DNA of 58,286 nt from Corallococcus sp. AB011P (lineage in GTDB: Bacteria > Myxococcota > Myxococcia > Myxococcales > Myxococcaceae). Within the stretch, counting starts at the first letter, position 1, and every line of letters begins with the position of its first letter. Location: contig NZ_RAVX01000011.1 in NCBI RefSeq assembly GCF_003611605.1, positions 196,811 through 255,096 of the forward strand, read 5' to 3'. The notes under the pieces are model-generated. The model saw only the letters and a program-made list of their open reading frames with translations. It had not been told where the DNA came from and ran no database searches. This document shows, in pieces, positions 18,768-26,842 of this stretch. Both the position numbers and the translations under genes were made by a program.

Positions 18768-19496
18768 TCAGCTCGCCCCGTCGAGCTTCACCTGCGGCGC
18801 CAGGGCCTGCGCGATGAGGGTGCTCGCGTCCGCGCCCTTCACCGCCGCCAGGTCCTCCATCCGCAGGCGCTGGTCGCGCAGGTTCGCGAACGCCTGGGCC
18901 ACCTTGTTGTTCGCCGCGTTCTCCCCCACCTCCAGGATGCGCATGCGCAGGTCCACCTCCGCGCGCAGCGGGAATAACGCCGGGTCGAATCGCTGCTCCA
19001 CGATGGTCATCCCGGTGATGACCACCGGGAAGGTGCGCGGCCCCAGCATCAAGAGCAGCTCCGTGGGGTTGAGCGAGACGAGCTTCGTCGCGGGCTTCTT
19101 CTCCTCGTCCCCTGTCTGGTCCTTGCCCAGCGCCATGCCCTCCAGCACGGCCAGCTCCGGCAGCACGCCCTGGACGCCCTCCCCCACGGTGTCCCGCAGC
19201 AGCGCCTCCGTCACGTCGAAGACGAGCTTGAGGGCAATCGTCTCGCTCTTGGCGTGCAGGCCGCCGCCGCGCTGGCCGTCGGTGAGGATCTTGGTCTGCT
19301 CGGGCGTCTTGCCGGGCTTCGTCTCCCACTGGCCCGCGCGCGTGCGCGTCACCGTCTCCGGGTTGTACTGGAAGCGCAGCGCGATCACTCCCGGCTCGGC
19401 CTTCGGGTCGGCGGACGACGGCGGCAGCGTCACCAGCATGCCCTTCTGGAGCTGCTGGTCGAACGCGATGAGCGTCGGGTCCAGGTTGCGCGTCAT
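18768..19496 (-). CDS. Conserved contractile-tail protein, possibly the tube-initiator (Afp7 N-terminal or gpU-position) protein, 242 aa.
   Basis: IALRFQYNPETVTRTRAGQWE resembles the FxFNPE signature recalled for eCIS tube-initiator proteins. In Afp7 the equivalent domain is fused to LysM; here a separate LysM-like gene follows directly. The start overlaps the stop of the 70-aa ORF (ATGA). Confidence 0.35.
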   Translation of the reverse strand: MTRNLDPTLIAFDQQLQKGMLVTLPPSSADPKAEPGVIALRFQYNPETVTRTRAGQWETKPGKTPEQTKILTDGQRGGGLHAKSETIALKLVFDVTEALLRDTVGEGVQGVLPELAVLEGMALGKDQTGDEEKKPATKLVSLNPTELLLMLGPRTFPVVITGMTIVEQRFDPALFPLRAEVDLRMRILEVGENAANNKVAQAFANLRDQRLRMEDLAAVKGADASTLIAQALAPQVKLDGAS

Positions 19497-19705
19497 CCGT
19501 TGCCCCGGGCGCCGGCCGGCTCGCGCTGGGCGAGGCTCCGGGCAATGGCTTCGTTGTTCTTGTCCATCAGCGCCACCATCGTCTGGGTGAACAGCTTCAC
19601 GAACTCCTTGGGGTCATCCGGCACGCTGCGCAGCATCCACGCGAGCTCACGCTCCATCTCGCGACGGGTGAGTCCGACCTGTCCTTGCACCGGGGGTGGG
19701 GCCAT
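19493..19705 (-). CDS. Small helical hypothetical protein (70 aa) in the tail operon.
   Basis: High GC3. It is translationally coupled to the downstream gene. A GAGAGGA Shine-Dalgarno sequence lies 9 nt upstream. It is in the same frame as the upstream 291-aa ORF, separated by a TGA-C stop plus 6 codons. Confidence 0.45.
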   Translation of the reverse strand: MAPPPVQGQVGLTRREMERELAWMLRSVPDDPKEFVKLFTQTMVALMDKNNEAIARSLAQREPAGARGNG

Positions 19706-19723
19706 GGCGTGTGCGTCCTCTCG

Positions 19724-20599
19724 TCAGCTCCAGCCATCCACCAGCGGACGGCCTTCCAGCTCGTTGCGAAGCAGCTCCAGGTAGCGCCACCGCCGGGCCC
19801 TCGGCAGGGACAGGATGTCCGCCTCAGACCAGTGGTAGTGGAAGGCCAGCACGTGCACCTCTGTCTCCAGCCGCGCCGCCCCGCCCCGCAGCTCGCGAGC
19901 CAGCAGCGCGAACGGATCCAGCTCCAGCTCCAACCACGCGGAGCACCTCGGACAGCGCGCCAGCAGCCCCAGGTCCGGCGCGGACGTGCCGTCCGCCAAC
20001 GCCAGCGCCACCGCGTGCCGTGAGCGCGCGGGCAGCGCCAGCCACGCGGAAGGGCTCAGCGCCTGCCCGTCCACCACCACCAGCCGCGACCACATGAGCG
20101 CGGACCGCTCCGCCCGCGTGCCATGCGCCTCCGCGAGCAGCGCGTCGTCCTCGCCCGTGGGCTCACGCACCTCCGCCCGTCCCTCCGGCAACGCCACGGT
20201 GAGCACCTCCGGCGCCGCGTCCACCCGCTCCGGTGAGAGCGCGGAGAGCCGCACGTCCACGTCCGCCATCGCCTCGCATCCGGGCGCCGGGCAGCGCGCC
20301 ACCAGCGCGACGCGGTCCCCGTACATCCGGGCCCGCAGGTGCAGCGCCAGGTGGTGCCGGTCTCCGCGCGTGAGGCAGGCCGCCAGCTCCGCGTCCACGC
20401 GCGGGTAGTCCCCCAGCCGTCCCAGACACGCCGCCAGCCACCCGCTCACCGCGCGCGGGCCGGGACGCTCGCCGGCCTGGGCCAGCGCCCACTCCTCGCG
20501 GCCGGTGAGCGGGCGCAGCTCGCCCAGGCGGTGACAGCGGCCGTCCTCGTCGAAGAGGCCGTGCGGCAGCAGCACCGGGATGGGAGGTTCCAGGAGCAC
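19724..20599 (-). CDS. Hypothetical Cys-motif protein (291 aa) downstream of the tube genes; possibly an assembly factor.
   Basis: High GC3. Cys pairs at CPAPGCEAM and CPRCSAW suggest a zinc-ribbon-like site. No family was recognised. Confidence 0.5.
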   Translation of the reverse strand: MLLEPPIPVLLPHGLFDEDGRCHRLGELRPLTGREEWALAQAGERPGPRAVSGWLAACLGRLGDYPRVDAELAACLTRGDRHHLALHLRARMYGDRVALVARCPAPGCEAMADVDVRLSALSPERVDAAPEVLTVALPEGRAEVREPTGEDDALLAEAHGTRAERSALMWSRLVVVDGQALSPSAWLALPARSRHAVALALADGTSAPDLGLLARCPRCSAWLELELDPFALLARELRGGAARLETEVHVLAFHYHWSEADILSLPRARRWRYLELLRNELEGRPLVDGWS

Positions 20600-20600
20600 G

Positions 20601-21092
20601 TCAGACCACCGGCTCCAGCGTGAAGCCCTCGTGCTGGACCTCCAGTTGCTCGATGATGATCTCGTTCGCCTCCGCGGCCAGCTCCGACATGGCGGTGAAC
20701 TTCGAGACCCACGCGTTGCGCAGCACGAACTTCTTCACCGCGCGGTTGAAGTCCAGGTCGAAGACCAGGATCTCCACGGTGCGCCGGAAGTCCGGCTCCG
20801 CCGCGCGGAAGCCGGGCGTGGCCTCATGGCGGATGAGCTGGGTGGCCCAGTCCCGGAACGTCGTGTCCTGGGTGAGGCCCGCCTCCAGCGTGAGGGGCTC
20901 GTAGTGCACGCGGCCCGGGGACAGCTCGTCCACGGAGGACGGGCTGTTGCCGGAGCGGAACTTCACCACCTCCACGGTGCCGGTGAGGCCGGAGATCTTC
21001 CGGCACGCGGCCACCTCGATGTTGTTGAAGAGCACGCGGAAGTTGAAGTTGCGGTACGGGTCGCGCTTCGTGGATTCGACGAATCGGGGCAT
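20601..21092 (-). CDS. Tail tube protein (T4 gp19 or Afp5-like), 163 aa.
   Basis: DPYRNFNFRVLFNN...RNAWVSKFTA matches the gp19 / eCIS tube signature (NFrv..., NAWvsk). Confidence 0.8.
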   Translation of the reverse strand: MPRFVESTKRDPYRNFNFRVLFNNIEVAACRKISGLTGTVEVVKFRSGNSPSSVDELSPGRVHYEPLTLEAGLTQDTTFRDWATQLIRHEATPGFRAAEPDFRRTVEILVFDLDFNRAVKKFVLRNAWVSKFTAMSELAAEANEIIIEQLEVQHEGFTLEPVV

Positions 21093-21116
21093 GGCTTCAC
21101 TCCTCGAATGGAGACG

Positions 21117-21680
21117 TCAGGGCGCCGGGAGGCTCGTCGTGGGCGTGGACAACACGGGCCGGGGCACCGGCTCCCAGCCCTCGTGGGTGAGCTCCAACGT
21201 CAGGAGCGCCACCTCGCCCGCCATGGCGTCCAGCTTGGGCAGGGCGTGGAGCTTGCTCACCCACGCGTTGTGCACGTGGAAGCTGCGGATGCGCGCCGCC
21301 ATGCCTCCGGGCGGGGGCACGTCCGTGGGGTGCGCCCAGGCGTCCCACACGTCGAGGAAGAGGTCGCGCTTCACCGGCTCGCCGGGCGCCTTGCCGGTGC
21401 GCGCGAACTCCAGCACCGCGCGCGCCCAGCGCTCCAGCGTGTCGTCCAGCGCCAGCCCCTGCTCCAGCACGAGCGGCTCCCAGTTCACCTTGTGGGGCTG
21501 GGCGTAGCGGTGCAGGTTGTTGCCGCCCTCCCAGGTTTCGTACGCGCCCACGCTGACGGACAGGCCGGACACGGTGCGCACTCCCGCCACGTAGTCGCCG
21601 GCCGCGGACGTGCTCATCCGGAGCCGGAACTGGAAGGTCCGCAGCGGGTTGCGGGCGTTGGCGGGGACGGGCGTGGGCAT
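21117..21680 (-). CDS. Tail tube protein (T4 gp19 or Afp1-like), 187 aa.
   Basis: NPLRTFQFRLRM...HNAWVSKLHA. It is a paralogue of the gene at 20601..21092. Its start overlaps the sheath stop (ATGA). Confidence 0.8.
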   Translation of the reverse strand: MPTPVPANARNPLRTFQFRLRMSTSAAGDYVAGVRTVSGLSVSVGAYETWEGGNNLHRYAQPHKVNWEPLVLEQGLALDDTLERWARAVLEFARTGKAPGEPVKRDLFLDVWDAWAHPTDVPPPGGMAARIRSFHVHNAWVSKLHALPKLDAMAGEVALLTLELTHEGWEPVPRPVLSTPTTSLPAP

Positions 21681-24007
21681 CAGGCCGCCAGCAGGCTCTT
21701 CTGGCTGATTTCGATGACCACGAACTCCGCGGGCTTCAGCGGCGCGAACGCCACCTGCGCGGTGACGATGCCCGCGTCCACGTTCTCCTGCGGGTTGGTG
21801 CTCCGGTCGCAGACGACGCTGAAGGCCTCCTCGGGCGTGCTGCCCTGGAACGCGCCCTGCCGGAAGAGCCCCAGCATGAAGGACTCGATGGCGACGCGGA
21901 TGCGGCCCCAGAGCTCTTCGTCATTGGGCTCGAACACCGCCCACATCAGGCCGCGCCGCAGGGACTCCTTGAGGAAGAGCGCGGTGCGGCGCACCGGGAT
22001 GTAGCGCCACTCGGGTTCCGGCCCCAGCGTGCGCGAGCCCCACGACACCAGCCCCACGCCGGGGAACTGGCGCAGGCAGTTGAGGCTCACCGGGTTGAGC
22101 AGGTCCTGCTCCGCGTCGATGACGGGGTACTGGAGGCCCAGCGCGTTGGCGAGGGACGCCTCGATGCCGGCGGGCGCCTTCCACACGCCGCGAGTGGTGT
22201 CCGTGCGCGCGAAGAGGCCCGCCACGTGGCCGGACGGCGGCACCAGTCGCGTGGGGTTGCGGCCCACGCCCACGGGGTCCGCCACGCGGATCCACGGGTA
22301 GAACATGGCCGAGTTCTTCGAGCGTGAAGGCAGTCCCTCCACGAACTGCTTCGCGTCGTCCGGCACCACCGCGAAGTCCTTGTCCACGCCGCCGGGTCCG
22401 TCCGCGAGGAAGAAGCAGTCGCCCCGGTTGTCGCAGTACGCGACGCCCACGGCGATGAACGACACCTCGTTCTTGCCGGGCAGCGCCACGATGTTGACGT
22501 CCTCCGTGTCCAGCGCGTGCAGGCCCGTGCGCAGCTTCGCGTCGCCCGCGAAGTCGGACGTGTCCAGGAGGCCCGCGCCGTCGTCACCGCCCAGAAGCCG
22601 CAGGTTCGTCACCGCCGCCGGACGCACGACGGGGTTCGCGGGCGAGTCGTCCGAGTAGCCCCGGGCGCGCGGCGCGAAGCCCAGCTGCCGGAGCATGGTG
22701 GGCACCGTGGGCTGGAGCGTTTCGCTGATGGAGAGCTGGAGCCCGTCGAAGGACTCCGCGCCCATGCCCGCCGTTCCAGCGGCGGCGGTGCCAGTGAAGC
22801 CGGTGGCGGAGAGCGACAGCGTGGAGGTGCCCGCCGCCGTGGCCAGGCCCGTGATGACGGTGTTGCCCTGCGCGTCCGTCACCACCGACGCGACCCTGCC
22901 GGCCAGCGCCACGCTCAGCGAGTGGTTCAGCTCCGCGGGAGTCACCGCACCAGCGTTGGCCGCCAGGATGGGGATGGGCACCACCGTGGTGGCGCCCGGC
23001 GGTCCCACGGTGACCTTGGCGTCCTCCGGGTCCAGGTCATACGTCGCACCCGCGGGCTTGGGGATGGTGAGCGTGGGCCCGGTGGCCACCTTCAGCGAAA
23101 TCTCCGGCGAGTCCGTGCCGCTGATGACGAAGGTGTTGGTGAGGCCCGCCGCGGTGACGGCCTGGGAGAGGAAGGCCTTGAGCTCCGTGGCGGTCAGCTG
23201 CACGCGGCCGTTGACGAACGCGGCGCCCGGCACGGCGGCCACCACCAGGGCCTGGGTGATGGGGACGTCCAGCACCGTGCGGGGCAGGTCCGGCTGGGCC
23301 TCGTCCCAGGTGGAGACCTGGAGCTTGCCGCCGTCATAGAGGCTGTACTTCGTGCTGGCCAGCACGGCGGCCTTGAGCCGGGGAGGCACGCCCGGGACGA
23401 GCACCGCGCCGGGCGCCCGAGCGGCCAGCGCCACCTGGAACTCGTCGCGCACGCGAATGTAGCGGGAGATGTCGTTGATGCGGTCGCCGACGTAGTCCTC
23501 GCTGGACGGGTCCATGCGCACGTCCTCGAACGCCTCCAGGCGTCGCGTGGCCCCGGCCTCCGTCCACGTCACCTCCACGCGGAACGCCTCGCTGGGGAAG
23601 TTGATGGAGTCGCTCACGTTGACGCGGAGGTAGTCGGACCACTCGCCCGCGCCTCGCGCCAGGAACGTGAGGGCGCTGAGGCTGCCGCCCGCGCGTGAGG
23701 CCAGGGGCGCGGACACGCCGCCCACCGCGTCGGAGGGCAGCACGCGCACGACGTAGGCGCGCCGTCCTCCCGAATCGAAGAAGGCCTCCACCGCCTGCGC
23801 GACGAGGCCCGCCTCTCCGGGCTCGTGGCCACCAAAGGCCCGCTCGTAATCGGCGAAGCCGGTGACGAACTGAGCCAGGGCCGGGATGCCTCGCGCCGTG
23901 CGGCCGACGAACGCCGCCGTGGACGTGCCCACCCCTTCGATGGGGCGCGCACCGGCACTGATCTCCTCGACATAGACGCCTGGATGCAGTCGCTCAGCCA
24001 CGTTCAT
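21680..24007 (-). CDS. Contractile tail sheath protein (gp18 / FI / Afp2-4 family), 775 aa.
   Basis: The N-terminus HPGVYVEEISAGARPIEGVGTSTAAFVGRTARG...FVTGFADYERAFGG is the canonical Phage_sheath_1 signature (PGVY.EE...gvsTstaafvG...f.sw.eF...FG). Confidence 0.9.
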   Translation of the reverse strand: MNVAERLHPGVYVEEISAGARPIEGVGTSTAAFVGRTARGIPALAQFVTGFADYERAFGGHEPGEAGLVAQAVEAFFDSGGRRAYVVRVLPSDAVGGVSAPLASRAGGSLSALTFLARGAGEWSDYLRVNVSDSINFPSEAFRVEVTWTEAGATRRLEAFEDVRMDPSSEDYVGDRINDISRYIRVRDEFQVALAARAPGAVLVPGVPPRLKAAVLASTKYSLYDGGKLQVSTWDEAQPDLPRTVLDVPITQALVVAAVPGAAFVNGRVQLTATELKAFLSQAVTAAGLTNTFVISGTDSPEISLKVATGPTLTIPKPAGATYDLDPEDAKVTVGPPGATTVVPIPILAANAGAVTPAELNHSLSVALAGRVASVVTDAQGNTVITGLATAAGTSTLSLSATGFTGTAAAGTAGMGAESFDGLQLSISETLQPTVPTMLRQLGFAPRARGYSDDSPANPVVRPAAVTNLRLLGGDDGAGLLDTSDFAGDAKLRTGLHALDTEDVNIVALPGKNEVSFIAVGVAYCDNRGDCFFLADGPGGVDKDFAVVPDDAKQFVEGLPSRSKNSAMFYPWIRVADPVGVGRNPTRLVPPSGHVAGLFARTDTTRGVWKAPAGIEASLANALGLQYPVIDAEQDLLNPVSLNCLRQFPGVGLVSWGSRTLGPEPEWRYIPVRRTALFLKESLRRGLMWAVFEPNDEELWGRIRVAIESFMLGLFRQGAFQGSTPEEAFSVVCDRSTNPQENVDAGIVTAQVAFAPLKPAEFVVIEISQKSLLAA

Positions 24008-24017
24008 CCTCCTGGTT

Positions 24018-25976
24018 TCAGATGGTCCCGCGCCTGGCGGTATCGACTTCGGTGACGGATGTTCCCGGGTGGCCGCTGGCGCCTCGCGCTGCGCCCCGCG
24101 CGATGAGGTCCAGCTGGGGCGTCTCGACGAGGCGGGCGGTGGTGCGCGCGTTCGGCTCGTCCATCAGCGCGGAGACCCGGTAGTCCACGCAGCAGCGGTA
24201 CAGGTGGTTCAAGAGGTCGTCGCGGCGGCGCAGCTGCGTCTGGAAGAAGAAGCACTCCTCCTGGAACACGAGCGTGCGGCCCCGGGCCCAGGCGCCCTCC
24301 ACGGGGCGGCTGAGCGTCACGGTGTCGCCGTCCAGCCCCAGCACCAGCGCCTGGAAGCGCTGCTTGCCCACGCGGTAGCCGTCCTCGCTCGACCCCAGCA
24401 CCACCACGTCGCCGGGCTTGAGGCGCGAGGCCGCGGTGACAGAGCGGCGCAGCGCGGGGTCCAGCGGCCCCACGGGCTCCGCCACCAGGTGCACGTGGTC
24501 CACCGTGAAGTCCAACGGCGTGCCCGCCTGCGCCCCCAGCGTGAGCACCATGTCGCTCGCGGCGACGGTGACGCCCGGCGCGGCGACGGGCGGCGCGGGA
24601 GTGGCGTCCACGTCCTGGAGCGGCTGCGGCGCCCCATCCGCCGACAGCCACACCACGCCCTCCCCCGCCTCCAGCCGCGCGTGCAGCACCACGCCGGCCT
24701 CCAGCCGCTCCGCCGGAAGCCGCCAGCGCGTCTCCGCGACCTGCGTCCCGGGGGCCTGCGCCAGCGTCGCGGTGGCCACCACCTCGCCCATGAGCCGGGT
24801 GTCCACCTGCACGTAGCGGACGATGAGCCGCAGCACGGGCTGCCCCTGCGCCATCAGCACGGCCACCGGCAGCGTCTGCGCATCCACTGCGCCAGCGGCG
24901 ACGCTCAGCCCCAGCGACAACGCCAGCCCGTCCGGGGCCGGATTGTCGGCGTGGAAGGGGTCGGGCACGGCCGGCATGGGGTAGACGAGGACGGAGGCGG
25001 TGCCGGTGCCGGACAGGCGCAGGCCGTCGGTGCCGGGCAGGAAGGACGCGCCGGGCGTCAGGTCCACACGTCCGCCGCGCGCGCGCTCCAGGTTCTGGTC
25101 GCTGGCCTCCAGGTGCACCAGGGACAGGACCGTGGTGGGCTCACCGCGCGTCAGCAGGCGCACCGTCGTGGCGCCTTCGGGCACGTCCTCGGCCAGCAGC
25201 GACGGGCGCAGCACCATCTGCCCACGCGTGGGGATGGAGAGCGCCAGTGTGTCCATGATGGACGCCAGGTCCACCTGCGAGCCCGCCCACAGGTCCACCT
25301 GCACGTCGATGGCCATGGCCTTGGGCGCGCGGATCTTGCTGAGGAACACCCGGCCCTCTTGAGAACGCTCCGGAGGCTCCAGGCCCAGTGCTCCTTCGAT
25401 GCCGCCGGTGACGGGCAGCACCTCCACGCTGGAGCGGAACTCCATGGAAGGGATGCCCGCGTCGGAGCTGAGCGCGAGCCGGCTCCCCTCCACGTCCCAG
25501 CGCGCGATGACGGCGGCGAGCGCCTCCAGCAGCAGGGGGTCCGTGAGCGGCGCGCCCGTGGGCTCCTGGAAGAGTCCACCGGTGAGCGCGTCCGCCAGCC
25601 GCGCGTTGATGGCGGCGGCGAGCGCGGGGCCGGTCGCGGCGGAGGCAAACGAGCCACCCGGCAGGCCCGTGAGGGTGACGGTGGCGCGGCCATCCAGGCG
25701 CAACTGGAGCGAGCCATTGGGGGGCACGCTGTCCCCGGAAGCGCGAGGCCTGCCGACGAGGTAGCCCGGCACGCGGAAGGTGGCGACGCCCGTGCGGCCG
25801 TTCTCGCGCTCGGGTTCGGGGAACAGGCCCAGCGGACCGACGACGGAGAGGAACGGCACGCGCGAAGGCCGGTAGCCCTCATCCACGTAGCCATGCGCGG
25901 CGAAGACCCGCACGTCGCCGCTGCGCAAGGCCATACGGCCCTGCCATAACAAGCCGCTGAGGATCTCGCGAATCAC
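24018..25976 (-). CDS. Hypothetical beta-rich protein (652 aa) and first gene of the tail-like operon. Function unknown; not recognisably a tape measure, ATPase or cap protein.
   Basis: High GC3. It lies 10 bp upstream of the sheath gene. Its composition is G/V/T/L-rich and non-helical. No family was recognised. Confidence 0.55.
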   Translation of the reverse strand: MIREILSGLLWQGRMALRSGDVRVFAAHGYVDEGYRPSRVPFLSVVGPLGLFPEPERENGRTGVATFRVPGYLVGRPRASGDSVPPNGSLQLRLDGRATVTLTGLPGGSFASAATGPALAAAINARLADALTGGLFQEPTGAPLTDPLLLEALAAVIARWDVEGSRLALSSDAGIPSMEFRSSVEVLPVTGGIEGALGLEPPERSQEGRVFLSKIRAPKAMAIDVQVDLWAGSQVDLASIMDTLALSIPTRGQMVLRPSLLAEDVPEGATTVRLLTRGEPTTVLSLVHLEASDQNLERARGGRVDLTPGASFLPGTDGLRLSGTGTASVLVYPMPAVPDPFHADNPAPDGLALSLGLSVAAGAVDAQTLPVAVLMAQGQPVLRLIVRYVQVDTRLMGEVVATATLAQAPGTQVAETRWRLPAERLEAGVVLHARLEAGEGVVWLSADGAPQPLQDVDATPAPPVAAPGVTVAASDMVLTLGAQAGTPLDFTVDHVHLVAEPVGPLDPALRRSVTAASRLKPGDVVVLGSSEDGYRVGKQRFQALVLGLDGDTVTLSRPVEGAWARGRTLVFQEECFFFQTQLRRRDDLLNHLYRCCVDYRVSALMDEPNARTTARLVETPQLDLIARGAARGASGHPGTSVTEVDTARRGTI

Positions 25977-25999
25977 GCGAAACGACCCTCCAGGGCAAC

Positions 26000-26248
26000 G
26001 CCATGTCTGGTTTCAAGCTGCTGCGTCACGGCACCCCCCGGCACCCCGCAGAAACGCCCATTTCCCGCTGTGACACGCGAAGGGCGGCGACAATGAATCA
26101 GGAGCCCGGCCGGCGTCAACACTGCACGCATGTATTGATTTGATATTTTGTGTGTCTATTCTGACGAGTTTCCCATACCGACGGGAGGGTGGATCGTGGT
26201 GGTTGTCCGCTGCGTCGCAAACCACCTTTGCCGGAGGAGGAACGGTGG
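26000..26248. promoter_or_regulatory. Divergent promoter region between the tail-like operon (minus strand) and the DUF1622 gene (plus strand). It contains an AT-rich island that stands out in the high-GC context.
   Basis: 26130..26180 reads gcatgtattgatttgatattttgtgtgtctattctgacgag. GGAGGAGG lies 8 nt before the ATG at 26249. Confidence 0.5.
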
Positions 26249-26623
26249 ATGCGATTCGAGGAGCTGGTGGCCCTGGCCGCCCAATTGTTCGATGCCTCGG
26301 GCGTGGGCGTGATGGTGGTGGGAACGGTGGTGTCCGTGGCGCTCGTCCTCCGGGACGCACGGGGGTCACGGCGGGCGGAGGCGTACCGCCAGCTTCGCCA
26401 CTACCTGGGCCGCGCCATCCTGCTGGGACTGGAGCTGCTCGTGGCGGCGGACATCATCCGCACGGTCGCGGGGGCGCCCACGCTGCGGCAGGTGATCATC
26501 CTGGGCCTCATCGTCCTCATCCGGACCTTCCTCAGCTTCACACTGGAGGTGGAGATCGACAGGCGCTGGCCCTGGCAATCCAAGCCAGCTGACGGGGATG
26601 GGCCTGGCCCTCCGCGTGCTTGA
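26249..26623 (+). CDS. DUF1622 family small membrane protein (124 aa).
   Basis: Within ORF 26189..26623 the start is at 26249 (MRFEELVALAAQLF...), preceded by a strong SD. GRAILLGLELLVAADIIRTVAGAPTLRQVIILGLIVLIRTFLSFTLEVE matches the DUF1622 consensus (lLGLEfLvAADIirTv...ilai.lIRT.Lsf.Le.E). Confidence 0.7.
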   Translation: MRFEELVALAAQLFDASGVGVMVVGTVVSVALVLRDARGSRRAEAYRQLRHYLGRAILLGLELLVAADIIRTVAGAPTLRQVIILGLIVLIRTFLSFTLEVEIDRRWPWQSKPADGDGPGPPRA

Positions 26624-26842
26624 CCCAACGGGAGGGCATGCGCGGGACGGTAGGGCCCGGCCCTCTGGCTGTCTGTCATTGGTGCCGGCCAGGCGGCAGC
26701 CGCGCCTCCGGGCCGGTGTGGATTGCCCGTGGGCGTTGGGGATGCACACCCTCCAGATCAGGCCACTCCCATGGTGGGAAGCGGCGTCACGGGGCCCTGC
26801 CTCCAAGCTCGCCGGGAAGGGTCGGGGTCAAAGGAGGCGCGC

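Noticed and set aside
24069-25949. A 626-aa plus-strand ORF.
   Set aside because: It is the antisense shadow of the 652-aa first gene of the tail operon.
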